This document shows, piece by piece, positions 16,172 through 16,221 of a stretch of DNA of 16,221 bases. A program made the translations under genes and the position numbers. Under the pieces are notes generated by a model. The model was not told the origin of the DNA. It saw nothing but the letters and a program-made list of their open reading frames with translations, and did no database searches. Positions within the stretch are counted from its first letter, which is position 1, and every line of letters begins with the position of its first letter. This DNA comes from Chthonomonadales bacterium (lineage in GTDB: Bacteria > Armatimonadota > Chthonomonadetes > Chthonomonadales > Chthonomonadaceae), in assembly GCA_038217285.1 (NCBI GenBank), contig JBBQPO010000137.1, positions 1 to 16,221 of the forward strand. The letters run 5' to 3'.

Positions 16172-16208
16172 GACAAGGAAGCCCTTCGGGCACCCCAAAT
16201 CCTGAAGC

Positions 16209-16215
16209 GGAGGAG
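16209..16215 (+). promoter_or_regulatory. Probable RBS (GGAGGAG) of a gene starting at the right edge of the window
   Basis: GGAGGAG followed by ATTCC and a final A at 16221, which could be the first base of an ATG. Confidence 0.4.
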
Positions 16216-16221
16216 ATTCCA

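Overview
GC-rich bacterial chromosomal window with no RNA genes, transposases or cas genes. From left to right: (1) a minus-strand, secreted DUF5127/DUF4965/DUF1793 'glutaminase A-like' gene that runs off the left edge and is missing from the ORF track; (2) a divergent 1213-aa beta-propeller/Y_Y_Y sensor fused to GGDEF and HD-GYP domains; (3) a broken membrane-protein gene; (4) an apparently AT-richer two-gene cassette of an EEP-family nuclease plus a translationally coupled 138-aa unknown protein; (5) a minus-strand ergothioneine operon (egtD, a 51-codon deletion scar, egtB, ABC ATPase, SBP-permease fusion, VanX/DdpX-like peptidase); (6) a divergent flavoprotein disulfide reductase. The most striking signal is inside the EEP gene. 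It is split by an exact 28-bp target duplication around a 33-bp insert (61 bp added), which is the geometry of type I-E Cas1-Cas2 spacer acquisition, and the target resembles a I-E repeat in register. This looks like a natural off-target spacer integration that knocked out a gene. Also notable are back-to-back GGAAC-N16/17-CGTT ECF-sigma promoter motifs shared by the egt operon and the reductase, and a chimeric mini-ORF that records lost redox genes.
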